DNA of 64,000 bases from Gemmatimonadota bacterium (lineage in GTDB: Bacteria; Gemmatimonadota; Gemmatimonadetes; Gemmatimonadales; GWC2-71-9), in assembly GCA_003222055.1 (NCBI GenBank), contig QHUT01000060.1, positions 9,662-73,661 on the forward strand. The letters run 5' to 3'. The notes beneath the pieces were generated by a model. The model was not told the origin of the DNA, searched no databases, and saw only the letters and a list, made by a program, of their open reading frames with translations. The first letter of the stretch is position 1, and every line of letters starts with the position of its first letter. Below are positions 20,550-28,650 of the stretch, in pieces. The position numbers and the translations under genes are program-made.

Positions 20550-21676
20550 ACTACATCCGCACGCCTGCGGCGCTCGCCGACGCCGTCGCGGCGTTGCGGC
20601 GCGAGCCGCTCGTTGCCGCCGATACCGAGGCGGCGAGCTTCCATCGCTACCGCGACCGCATCTTTCTGGTCCAGCTCTCGAGCCCGACGCTGACGGCGAT
20701 CATCGACCCGCTGGCGATCGCCGACCTCTCGCCCGTGGGCGGGCTGCTCGACGACCCGCAGGTCGAGAAGATCTTCCACGATGCCGACTACGACCTGCGG
20801 ATCCTGGACCGCGATTACGGCTTCCGGGCGCGCCGGCTGTTCGACACCCGGATCGCCGCTCAGCTCGCGGGCGAGCCGGCGGTCGGGCTCGCCGCCCTGC
20901 TCGCAAAGTACGTGGGCGTGACGCTCGCCAAGGAGCACCAGAAGGCCGACTGGTCGCGCCGGCCGCTGCCCCCCGCGATGCTCGCGTACGCCGCCGCCGA
21001 CACGCAGCACCTGCCGGCGCTGCGCGAGGCGCTGCGCTCCCGCCTCGCGGCCCTGCAGCGCCTCGCGTGGGCCGAAGAGGAGTTCACCCGTCTCGAGGAC
21101 TTGCGCTGGACCGCGACGCCGGACGGCGGCGGCCCGGACGCGTTTCTCCGGGTCAAAGGTGCCAAGGCGCTGCCGCCGCGCCCGATGGCCGCCCTGCGGG
21201 AGCTGTATCGCTGGCGCGAGGCGGTGGCCGCGGAGCAGGACCGGGCGACGTTCCGCATCATCGGGAACGACGCGCTGCTCGCGGTGGCTCGCGCCCTGCC
21301 GCGATCGCGCGCGGAGCTCGAGCGCGTGGACCAGGTGCCCCCCGCGCTCGGCACGCGCCACGGCGGGGCCCTGCTGGATTGCGTGCGCCGGGCACTCGCA
21401 CTCGACGAGGTGGACCTGCCGCACGTGGAGCGCCCCCCGCGAACGCCGCGCGACCCGAGCTTCGAGGCGCGCGTCGAGCGTCTCAAGGCCGCCCGCAACC
21501 GCGTCGCCCAGGAGCTCGGGCTCGAGCCCGGCGTGCTGTGCGGGCGCTCGACCCTCGAGGCCGTCGCGCGCGCCGCGCCCCTTCCAAACGACCGCGCCGG
21601 GCTCGCCCGAATCGGGGAGCTCCGGCGGTGGCAGATAGAAGCGCTGGGAGACGCGCTGTTGGCGGCGCTCGTCTAG
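20546..21676 (+). CDS. rnd: Ribonuclease D (DEDD 3'-5' exonuclease plus HRDC domain)
   Basis: GTG start at 20546. Exo motifs are ADTEAASF, HDADYDLRIL and AYAAADTQHL. The C-terminal region is HRDC-like. Confidence 0.85.
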   Translation: MNYIRTPAALADAVAALRREPLVAADTEAASFHRYRDRIFLVQLSSPTLTAIIDPLAIADLSPVGGLLDDPQVEKIFHDADYDLRILDRDYGFRARRLFDTRIAAQLAGEPAVGLAALLAKYVGVTLAKEHQKADWSRRPLPPAMLAYAAADTQHLPALREALRSRLAALQRLAWAEEEFTRLEDLRWTATPDGGGPDAFLRVKGAKALPPRPMAALRELYRWREAVAAEQDRATFRIIGNDALLAVARALPRSRAELERVDQVPPALGTRHGGALLDCVRRALALDEVDLPHVERPPRTPRDPSFEARVERLKAARNRVAQELGLEPGVLCGRSTLEAVARAAPLPNDRAGLARIGELRRWQIEALGDALLAALV

Positions 21677-21984
21677 AGACCCATCAGCGCCCGCACTTTG
21701 GGATCCATCCGCTCGGGCGTCCAGTACGGCTCCCACACGATCTCGATGTCCACATCCTTCACCCCCTCGAGCCCGCGGAGCACGCGGTAGGCGTCGTTCG
21801 TGATCATCGGACCGGCGGGGCAGCCGGGGGAGGTGAGGGTCATGTTCACGCGCACGTCGCCCCCGGCGATCTCGACGTCGTACACCAGGCCGAGGTCGAT
21901 GATGTTCATGTCGAGCTCGGGATCTTTCACCTGGCGCAGCGCCTGGCGCACCGCCTCTTCCGTGAGTTCCGCCGGCACGGTCAT
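21673..21984 (-). CDS. DUF59 / SufT-like Fe-S assembly protein
   Basis: These are the last 103 aa of ORF 21673..22350: MTVPAELTEEAVRQALRQVKDPELDMNIIDLGLVY...LTSPGCPAG, a typical MIP18/DUF59 sequence. Confidence 0.85.
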   Translation of the reverse strand: MTVPAELTEEAVRQALRQVKDPELDMNIIDLGLVYDVEIAGGDVRVNMTLTSPGCPAGPMITNDAYRVLRGLEGVKDVDIEIVWEPYWTPERMDPKVRALMGL

Positions 21985-22016
21985 CAACCAGCTCCTTCCG
22001 TCTCCTCGTTCCGAAC

Positions 22017-22388
22017 CTAGCGGGCCGCGTCGCCGCGCACCAGGCAGCGGCGGCGGCGCGCGATCCAAGCGTACGCCCGCCGCGCGATCGGCAGCACGCC
22101 CGGCAGCCGGAATGGCCACGCCAGCCAGCGGCGCCGCGGCAGCAACCTGAGGATCTCCGGCGCCGCGTCCGCGCCGGCGAACACCCGGCCGTCCGGCGGC
22201 GGAAGCACCAGATGCATCGCCGCCGCGAGGGCCGGAAGCGGAATGTCGAACGCCGCGACCCGCGCCTGATCCTGGAACGGGACCAGCGCAATCCGCTGTT
22301 CCCGGTCCCAGCGCCGCACCAGGTCCGCCGCCTCCCGACAGAAGCCGCACTCGCCGTCGTAAATCAGGGTCGCCTGGTCAGGGCGCAT
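22017..22388 (-). CDS. Thiol-disulfide oxidoreductase DCC family protein (DUF393)
   Basis: MRPDQATLIYDGECGFCREAADLVRRWD carries the DCC motif. The start is at the internal ATG and overlaps the upstream gene by 11 nt. Confidence 0.8.
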   Translation of the reverse strand: MRPDQATLIYDGECGFCREAADLVRRWDREQRIALVPFQDQARVAAFDIPLPALAAAMHLVLPPPDGRVFAGADAAPEILRLLPRRRWLAWPFRLPGVLPIARRAYAWIARRRRCLVRGDAAR

Positions 22389-23529
22389 CGGAGGCTCGAG
22401 CCGCCGCGTCCGCGACGCGTCCACGCACGCCCTTCAGGATCGTGAACGGGCGACGGGCGCGCGGCGCGTAGGCGCGGTTGGTGAGGAGGACGACGAACAG
22501 ATCGCGGTCCGGATCGATCCACAACGACGTGCCGGTCCACCCGGTGTGGCCGTAGCTGCGTGGCCCGAAGAGCGTTCCCGCGCTCGAGACGTTCTCCCCG
22601 GTCGGCAGCGCCTGCCAGCCGAGGGCACGCGCCTCGCTGCCGCGCCCGAAGTCGGCGGTTTTCGTCGTAAACAGCCGGACGGTTTCCCGCTCGAGCAGCC
22701 GCCGCCCGTCCGGCAGCGCGCCCGCGCGCAGCATGAACTGCGCGAAGCGCGCGACGTCCATCGCGGTCGCGAACAGGCCCGCATTACCCGACACGCCCCG
22801 CAGTTTAAACGCACTGCCGTCGTTCACGACGCCCGCCACCGGATGCCCCCGCCACACGCCGGTCGGGGCGATCCGGGGCCTGAGGCGCCCGGGGGGGCGG
22901 AACATCGTGGCCGCGAGGCCCAGCGGCGCGAAGACCTCGCGCGCGGCGAAGACGTCCAACGGCTCCCCGGTGACGCGGTGCACCACGGCGCCCAGCAGGA
23001 TCGCGTTCAAGTCGCTGTAGATCACGCGCGTCCCGGGCGCCACTCGAGGCGGTTCGGACAAGACGCGTCGCATCACGGCCGCGCTGTCGGGGAGCGCCTT
23101 GAGCTCGCGGTCGGGGATGTCCGCCCGCAGACCGGACGTGTGGGTGAGCAGCTGGCGGGCGGTGACGCGAGCGGTCGGCGTTCCCCGGAGCTCCGGCAGA
23201 TAGGTCGCGACCGGCGCATCCAGGCGCACACGCCCGCGCTCGACGAGGAGCATCAGGGCGGGGGTCGTCGCGATCACCTTGGTGAGCGACGCCAGGTCGT
23301 ACATCGTGCTCTCGGGATCGACGGCACGACTCGTCGCCGACCAGGTGAGGTGCCCGTAGCCCTTGGCGAACAGCACCGTGTCGCGCCGCCCCACGACCAG
23401 CGCGGCGCCGGGATAAGCCCCCTGGCGCATGCCGTCCAACACGAGCGGATCGAAGCTCGCGGCGTCGAAGGAGGGCCGCGCGGGTGCCGCCGACGCCGTT
23501 TGTAGGAGGAAAACCAGTCCTAGCACCAC
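22378..23529 (-). CDS. Secreted serine hydrolase of the beta-lactamase / PBP4* fold
   Basis: A GTG start at 23529 or 23526 gives the signal peptide VVLGLVFLLQTASAAPA. The SxxK motif is ASLTKV. The sequence is class C beta-lactamase-like overall. Confidence 0.85.
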   Translation of the reverse strand: MVLGLVFLLQTASAAPARPSFDAASFDPLVLDGMRQGAYPGAALVVGRRDTVLFAKGYGHLTWSATSRAVDPESTMYDLASLTKVIATTPALMLLVERGRVRLDAPVATYLPELRGTPTARVTARQLLTHTSGLRADIPDRELKALPDSAAVMRRVLSEPPRVAPGTRVIYSDLNAILLGAVVHRVTGEPLDVFAAREVFAPLGLAATMFRPPGRLRPRIAPTGVWRGHPVAGVVNDGSAFKLRGVSGNAGLFATAMDVARFAQFMLRAGALPDGRRLLERETVRLFTTKTADFGRGSEARALGWQALPTGENVSSAGTLFGPRSYGHTGWTGTSLWIDPDRDLFVVLLTNRAYAPRARRPFTILKGVRGRVADAAARASDAP

Positions 23530-24623
23530 ACGCCCGGGATGCGCCGCCCGCAGGCAGGGCAGCGGCCGTCCGCGCCGACCCGCTGCCGCGTGATCACGTA
23601 CCCGGTCCGCTCGATCAGCAGATCGCCGCAATCGGGACACCAGGTGTTCTCCCAGCGGCCCACCCGGCCCGGGGCGTTCCCGGCGTACACGAACTTGAGG
23701 CCCGCCGCCGCCCCGATCTCACAGGCCCGGACGAGCATCTCCGGCGTGGTGTTGTCCGGGTCGGTCATGCGGTAGTCCTTGTGGAACGCGGTGACGTGCC
23801 ATGGGATCTCGGGGCTCACCGAGGCGATATAGGCGGCGGCGCGCTCGAGCTGGTCGGTGTCGTCGTTGAAGCCGGGCACGACGAGCGTCACGAGCTCGAG
23901 CCAGAAGCCGCGCTCGTACACTAGGCGGATCGCGTCGAGCACGTGCTGGAGCACGCCGCCGAGCTCGCGGTAGCGCCGGTCGTCCATCGCCTTGAAGTCG
24001 ATCTTGTAACAGTCGGTCCAGGGACGGATGTAGTCGAGCACCGCGGACGTGGCGTTGCCGTTGGAGATGAACGCCGTCTTCAAGCCACTTGCCTTCGCGA
24101 CCTTGAACACGTCCACCGCCCATTCCGCGGTGATGAGCGGCTCGTTGTACGACGAGCCGACGAGCCGAGCCCCGTGGCGCAGCGCCAGTCGCACCAGGCC
24201 GTCGGGGGTTACGTCCGTCGGGAGCACTCCCGCGGCGGCGTCGCGCAACGCCTGGCTGGTGAGCCAGTTCTGGCAATAGCCGCAGTGGAAGTCGCACCCC
24301 AGCATCCCGAAGGTGAGCGTGTCCGACCCGGGGAGGGCATGGAAAAACGGCTTCTTCTCGGTGGGATCGCACTGCAACGCGGCGACGTATCCGGCGGGCA
24401 CGTACAGCGTGCCGTCCTTATTGAAGCGCACCTTGCAGATACCGCGCCGGCCGGGTTTGACGAGACAGCGATGCCCGCAGGCGAAGCAGCGAACCGCTCC
24501 GTCCGGCAGCCGTTCGACCAGCTCGCCCTCGCGCACCCTGGCGTCGAGGGCCTGGGAGAGCGTGGCGGCCCCCCCGTCGGGTGCAGCGTGTGTGAGCAGC
24601 GAGACGATGCCGCGGTGCGTCAT
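23520..24623 (-). CDS. AmmeMemoRadiSam-system-type radical SAM enzyme (PflA-like activase fold)
   Basis: 367 aa beginning MTHRGIV. N-terminal CFACGHRC, PTEKKPFFH and the radical SAM motif CDFHCGYCQNW are present, with a C-terminal zinc ribbon CPDCG...CPACG. Confidence 0.85.
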   Translation of the reverse strand: MTHRGIVSLLTHAAPDGGAATLSQALDARVREGELVERLPDGAVRCFACGHRCLVKPGRRGICKVRFNKDGTLYVPAGYVAALQCDPTEKKPFFHALPGSDTLTFGMLGCDFHCGYCQNWLTSQALRDAAAGVLPTDVTPDGLVRLALRHGARLVGSSYNEPLITAEWAVDVFKVAKASGLKTAFISNGNATSAVLDYIRPWTDCYKIDFKAMDDRRYRELGGVLQHVLDAIRLVYERGFWLELVTLVVPGFNDDTDQLERAAAYIASVSPEIPWHVTAFHKDYRMTDPDNTTPEMLVRACEIGAAAGLKFVYAGNAPGRVGRWENTWCPDCGDLLIERTGYVITRQRVGADGRCPACGRRIPGVWC

Positions 24624-24673
24624 GGACCTGCCGCCTGCCTCCCTTTCATCAATATAGCCCGATCGGCGCGGAC

Positions 24674-25540
24674 TCAGCCGCCCACGCGTAGCGGACCGGG
24701 CGCGAGCTGGTACAGCAGCAAGGCCGTGGCGATGTCTCGCGGCGACAGCTCCCGCACCTTCGGTGCGGCATACATGAGGTCGCCGGGATCGTGGGAATGA
24801 TCGAGGCCGATCAGGTGTCCGATCTCGTGCATCGCCATCACGCGCAGGTCGTCCGGGCCGAGGGGCTGCCCCTTGGGATCGAACGTCGCGAGCGTCACCA
24901 CGCCGCCCGTCAGCCGCCCGTCCTCGTCCCACTCGAGGTCGGTCTGCCCCGTTCGCTCGCCTTCGAACTGGATGCGCCACTGGAACCGCACTTCGGCGGA
25001 AGCCGAATCGGCGTCGAGCGCGAAGCGCACGGGCACGCCCGCCTGCTCCCAGCGCTCGAATGCGCCACGGACCGCAGCGAGAAACGCGGGCTGGAAGTTC
25101 GCGACCGTGGCCGCGGGCAGGAACACCCGCACCGGAGGCGTCGTGCGGTTGTCCCAGCGATGCAACGCCGAGTCCGAGCTGGCGGCCACGATGTCGTTCA
25201 AGTAAGTGAGCCCGGCGCTCGCCCGGATGCGGCGGCGGATCTCGGAGCGTGCGAGCAGCACCATGTAGCTCGGGCCACCGGGGTCGGTCGGGGACGGCGT
25301 GGCGGGCGACAGGGTCGTGGGTGCCGCAGGGGCGGGGCCGGGCGGGGGCGACGTCGCGCGGGCCGCACTGTCGCGCGCGGCAGCGGCGCTGTCCGTAGGA
25401 ACGAGGACCAGGGGCGCGTCGGGCGCGGGACCGGCACGCACGCGATGTGTCGGCCGCACGAAGGCATTCCACAGCACGGTCAACAACGCGAACGCCACGG
25501 CTGCGGAGACGATGATGGATAGGCGACGCTCGACGACCAT
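24674..25540 (-). CDS. Matrixin (M10) family zinc metalloprotease, membrane-anchored
   Basis: 288 aa with an N-terminal TM helix, a Pro/Ala-rich linker and HEIGHLIGLDHS (HExxHxxGxxH). Confidence 0.8.
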   Translation of the reverse strand: MVVERRLSIIVSAAVAFALLTVLWNAFVRPTHRVRAGPAPDAPLVLVPTDSAAAARDSAARATSPPPGPAPAAPTTLSPATPSPTDPGGPSYMVLLARSEIRRRIRASAGLTYLNDIVAASSDSALHRWDNRTTPPVRVFLPAATVANFQPAFLAAVRGAFERWEQAGVPVRFALDADSASAEVRFQWRIQFEGERTGQTDLEWDEDGRLTGGVVTLATFDPKGQPLGPDDLRVMAMHEIGHLIGLDHSHDPGDLMYAAPKVRELSPRDIATALLLYQLAPGPLRVGG

Positions 25541-25630
25541 GCGCGCAATATGCGAACGGCCGGCGTCGCGCCGCTAGCTTTGCCTCGCCGGCGTCTCTAT
25601 GATTGTGACCTGCTTATGCTTGGCCGGTAA

Positions 25631-27904
25631 GTGATCGCGTTACCCGCGACCCCCATCATCCGCTGGCGCGGGTGGGTGCTCGCGGCGTGGGCGGCTCTGT
25701 TTGTGCTGTTCGCGCCGCGGGCGTGCCGTGTCCAACAGGTCCTGGCACTTCGGGGAGGCACGAGCGAGGCGACCGAGGCGAGCCGCGGGACGGAGCTCCT
25801 CAAGGGGGCGTTCCGGACCCCGTTCGCCGACTATGTCGGGATCGTCGTGCACGGTCCCGTCCGCTGGACGAGCCCGCGGTTCGAGGCGGTGCTCGACTCA
25901 CTCACGGCCGCGGTCGAGCGCCGCAGCTACGTGAGTCAGGTGATCTCCGTCCGCTCCATCGGCGAGTCGAGCTTCGTGAGTCAGGACCGCCGCACGACGT
26001 TCCTGATCGCGGCGCTCACGCCGCAATCGAGCCGCGACCTGAGCAGCAGCTACGTACCCGACCTGCGCACCACGATCAGCGACGCGCTGGCGCGCGTGCC
26101 GGGCGCCGCGGACTTCGACGTGATGGTCACGGGGTTCCCCGCCCTGGATCACGACGTGCGCACGGTCAGCACGGAAGACACCGAGCGCGGGGAGCAGCGG
26201 GCGTTGCCCCTCACGCTCCTGGTGCTGATCGTCGCGTTCGGAGCGCTCGTCGCCGCCGCGCTGCCGGTGATCGTGGGCGTGTTGGCGATCACCATCGCCC
26301 TGGGACTGGTGACCATCGCCGCCCGGTACATGGCGATGTCGGTGTTCGTGCTGAACATCACCACCATGGTGGGCCTGGGCGTCGGGATCGATTACTCCCT
26401 GCTCATCGTCACGCGATTTCGCGAGGAGCTGAACCGCGGGCTATCGTCGGTCGACGCCGCGATCCGCACGGTCGAGACCGCCGGCTCGGCGGTCGTGACG
26501 TCGGGCCTGACGGTGGTCGTCGGGTTCGCGGCGCTCGTGGCCACGCCGCTCTCCGACACTCGATCGGTAGGCGTCGGCGGCTTACTGGTCGTCGCCATGG
26601 CGGTCCTGCTCGCGACCACGTTCCTCCCCGCGGCGCTGGCCATGCTCGGACGCGGGATCGACCGCCCGCGGTGGCTGGCGCGCCCGCTCGCACGGTTTCA
26701 CGCGCCTACGGGGTGGGAGCGGTGGGCCCGCTGGCTGGGGCATCGCCCGTGGCGCGCCGTCGCGGTGGGCGGCGCGGCGATCGCGCTCCTCACTTTTCCC
26801 CTCACGCAGATCCGTCTCGGCCTCCCCGCCACCAACTGGTTCCCCCCCGAGTCGGAGTCGGCCCGGGGACTCGAGGCCCTCCGCGAAATGGGCGCGAGCG
26901 GCGTGATTCAGCCGGTGCGCGTCGTGGTACAGCTCCCCGAAGGCGAGTCCGCCCTGTCCGCGCGCCGTCTGCCCGGCCTCAAGGCCCTCACCGACTCGAT
27001 CCGCAAGGACCCGCGGGTGCGCGAAGTGCGTGGCGTGGCGAGCGTGAAGACCGCCCTGTCGTCGTTGCAGCTCGCCATCTACTACAGTGATCCCGAGCAG
27101 GTCCGGGCCAAGAACCCGAAGTTCTTCGACGCATACTTGAGCGGCGACAATCGCGTCACGCTGCTGGACGTGATCCCGGCCGACACGGTCTCCCTCACCG
27201 GGCTGATGGACGTCGTGCGGCGCGTGCGGGGCATCGTGGGGCACAGCATCCGGGGTCTCGCCGGTGCGGAGATCCTGGTCGCGGGCTTCGCCGCGTCGAA
27301 CGTCGACACGCAACACCAGTTGATGCGCCAGTTCCCGAAGACTGTGGGCCTGGTGCTCGGCATCACCGCGTTCATGCTGTTCTGGGCCTTCCGCTCCCTG
27401 CTCGTCCCTGTGAAAGCGGTCCTCTTGAACCTGCTCTCCGTGGGGGGCGCCTTCGGGCTCACCGTGCTGGTGTTTCAGCACGGCTACGGCGGACGGTTCT
27501 TCGGACTGGAGGGGCCGACCGAGGCGATCTGGGCCGTCGTGCCGGTGCTGGTGTTCGCCATCGTGTTCGGCCTGTCGATGGACTACGAGGTGTTTCTGCT
27601 CACGCGCGTGAAAGAGGTGTTCGACAAGACCGGCCGGAACGACCACGCCACCATGGAAGGCCTGTCCGCCACGGCGTCCACCATCACGAGCGCGGCCCTG
27701 ATCATGATCCTCGTGTTCGGGACGTTCGCGTTCACGCGCGTGCTCGCGGTGCAACTGATTGGGTTCGGCCTGGCCGCGGCCGTGCTGCTCGACGCCACCT
27801 TGATCCGCATGGTGCTGGTGCCGGCGATCATGCACATTGCCGGAAGGTGGAATTGGTGGCCGGGCGTGCGCGCACCGAAACTGGAGCGGCCAGCTGACGA
27901 CTAG
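25631..27904 (+). CDS. MMPL family (RND superfamily) transporter
   Basis: 757 aa made of two 6-TM bundles, each followed by a soluble loop. The sequence is typical of MMPL proteins (GIDYSLLIVTRFREEL, GLSMDYEVFLLTRVKE). Confidence 0.9.
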   Translation: MIALPATPIIRWRGWVLAAWAALFVLFAPRACRVQQVLALRGGTSEATEASRGTELLKGAFRTPFADYVGIVVHGPVRWTSPRFEAVLDSLTAAVERRSYVSQVISVRSIGESSFVSQDRRTTFLIAALTPQSSRDLSSSYVPDLRTTISDALARVPGAADFDVMVTGFPALDHDVRTVSTEDTERGEQRALPLTLLVLIVAFGALVAAALPVIVGVLAITIALGLVTIAARYMAMSVFVLNITTMVGLGVGIDYSLLIVTRFREELNRGLSSVDAAIRTVETAGSAVVTSGLTVVVGFAALVATPLSDTRSVGVGGLLVVAMAVLLATTFLPAALAMLGRGIDRPRWLARPLARFHAPTGWERWARWLGHRPWRAVAVGGAAIALLTFPLTQIRLGLPATNWFPPESESARGLEALREMGASGVIQPVRVVVQLPEGESALSARRLPGLKALTDSIRKDPRVREVRGVASVKTALSSLQLAIYYSDPEQVRAKNPKFFDAYLSGDNRVTLLDVIPADTVSLTGLMDVVRRVRGIVGHSIRGLAGAEILVAGFAASNVDTQHQLMRQFPKTVGLVLGITAFMLFWAFRSLLVPVKAVLLNLLSVGGAFGLTVLVFQHGYGGRFFGLEGPTEAIWAVVPVLVFAIVFGLSMDYEVFLLTRVKEVFDKTGRNDHATMEGLSATASTITSAALIMILVFGTFAFTRVLAVQLIGFGLAAAVLLDATLIRMVLVPAIMHIAGRWNWWPGVRAPKLERPADD

Positions 27905-28131
27905 ACCAGCCGTCTCAGTCTTTCCCCCCACACATCCCAATGCCACGCCGGCACCCGGACGCCCGTCCTGGGATCTTTCAGCGGCTTGTACTGCAGCCAG
28001 GCCGGTTGGAGCCCGAGGGCCTCGCTGAGCGCCAGCAACCGTTCCTTGTCGGCGCTCACAAGGTGAACCATCGGCTCGCCACGGATGGTGTGGCGGTGAA
28101 GCCACACGCCGCCGTCGAGGGCAAAGCACAT
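27901..28131 (-). CDS. DUF4031 domain protein
   Basis: The C-terminal 76 aa of ORF 27901..28284 read MCFALDGGVW...MVHLVSADKERLLALSEALGLQPAWLQ...HWDVWGERL, which matches the DUF4031 pattern. The start codon is uncertain. Confidence 0.55.
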   Translation of the reverse strand: MCFALDGGVWLHRHTIRGEPMVHLVSADKERLLALSEALGLQPAWLQYKPLKDPRTGVRVPAWHWDVWGERLRRLV

Positions 28132-28169
28132 CCCCTCGCGGCGGCGTGTGAATTCCCGATAAGGCGGCG

Positions 28170-28550
28170 CTACTGGCAGCTGATACGCCCCTCCGCCGTG
28201 GCAGGTGGCACCGGTGTCGCGGACCCGGAATACAGCGCGCAGAGCCGGCCGGGAGCGTACAGGCTGGTCGTGGTGGCAGACCACCCCGACCCTGTCGCCT
28301 GAACGACGAGCAGATTCACGCCGCTCGAGGGCGCGAAGTTGTTCAGGAGGGCGAAACTGTTCGTGTACTTCGAGCTGTCGTAAAAGAAGGCCTCTTCCGC
28401 CGTCGCCAGGTTGCGCAGGTCGGACTTCATGGCAGCGATATATGCCTTCTCCTTCGTGTTGGAGAACTTCGGGATGGCAATGGCCGCCAACAGCCCGATG
28501 ATCACCACCACGATGAGCAGTTCGATCAGCGTAAAGCCGCGTCGAGACAT
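28170..28550 (-). CDS. Type IV pilin (prepilin-type N-terminal cleavage/methylation domain)
   Basis: MSRRGFTLIELLIVVVIIGLLAAIAIPKF. There is a C-terminal Cys pair (RLCALY...RISCQ). The start is at residue 39 of the track ORF. Confidence 0.85.
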   Translation of the reverse strand: MSRRGFTLIELLIVVVIIGLLAAIAIPKFSNTKEKAYIAAMKSDLRNLATAEEAFFYDSSKYTNSFALLNNFAPSSGVNLLVVQATGSGWSATTTSLYAPGRLCALYSGSATPVPPATAEGRISCQ

Positions 28551-28650
28551 CACCTGCGTACCCCCCGGGCGCGAAGGGGCGCCGAGCGGTTCAGACCACC
28601 CGGTGCCCCAGAATAGTGAGCCCAGACGGCTGTTCCTGCAAGAGCCATGC

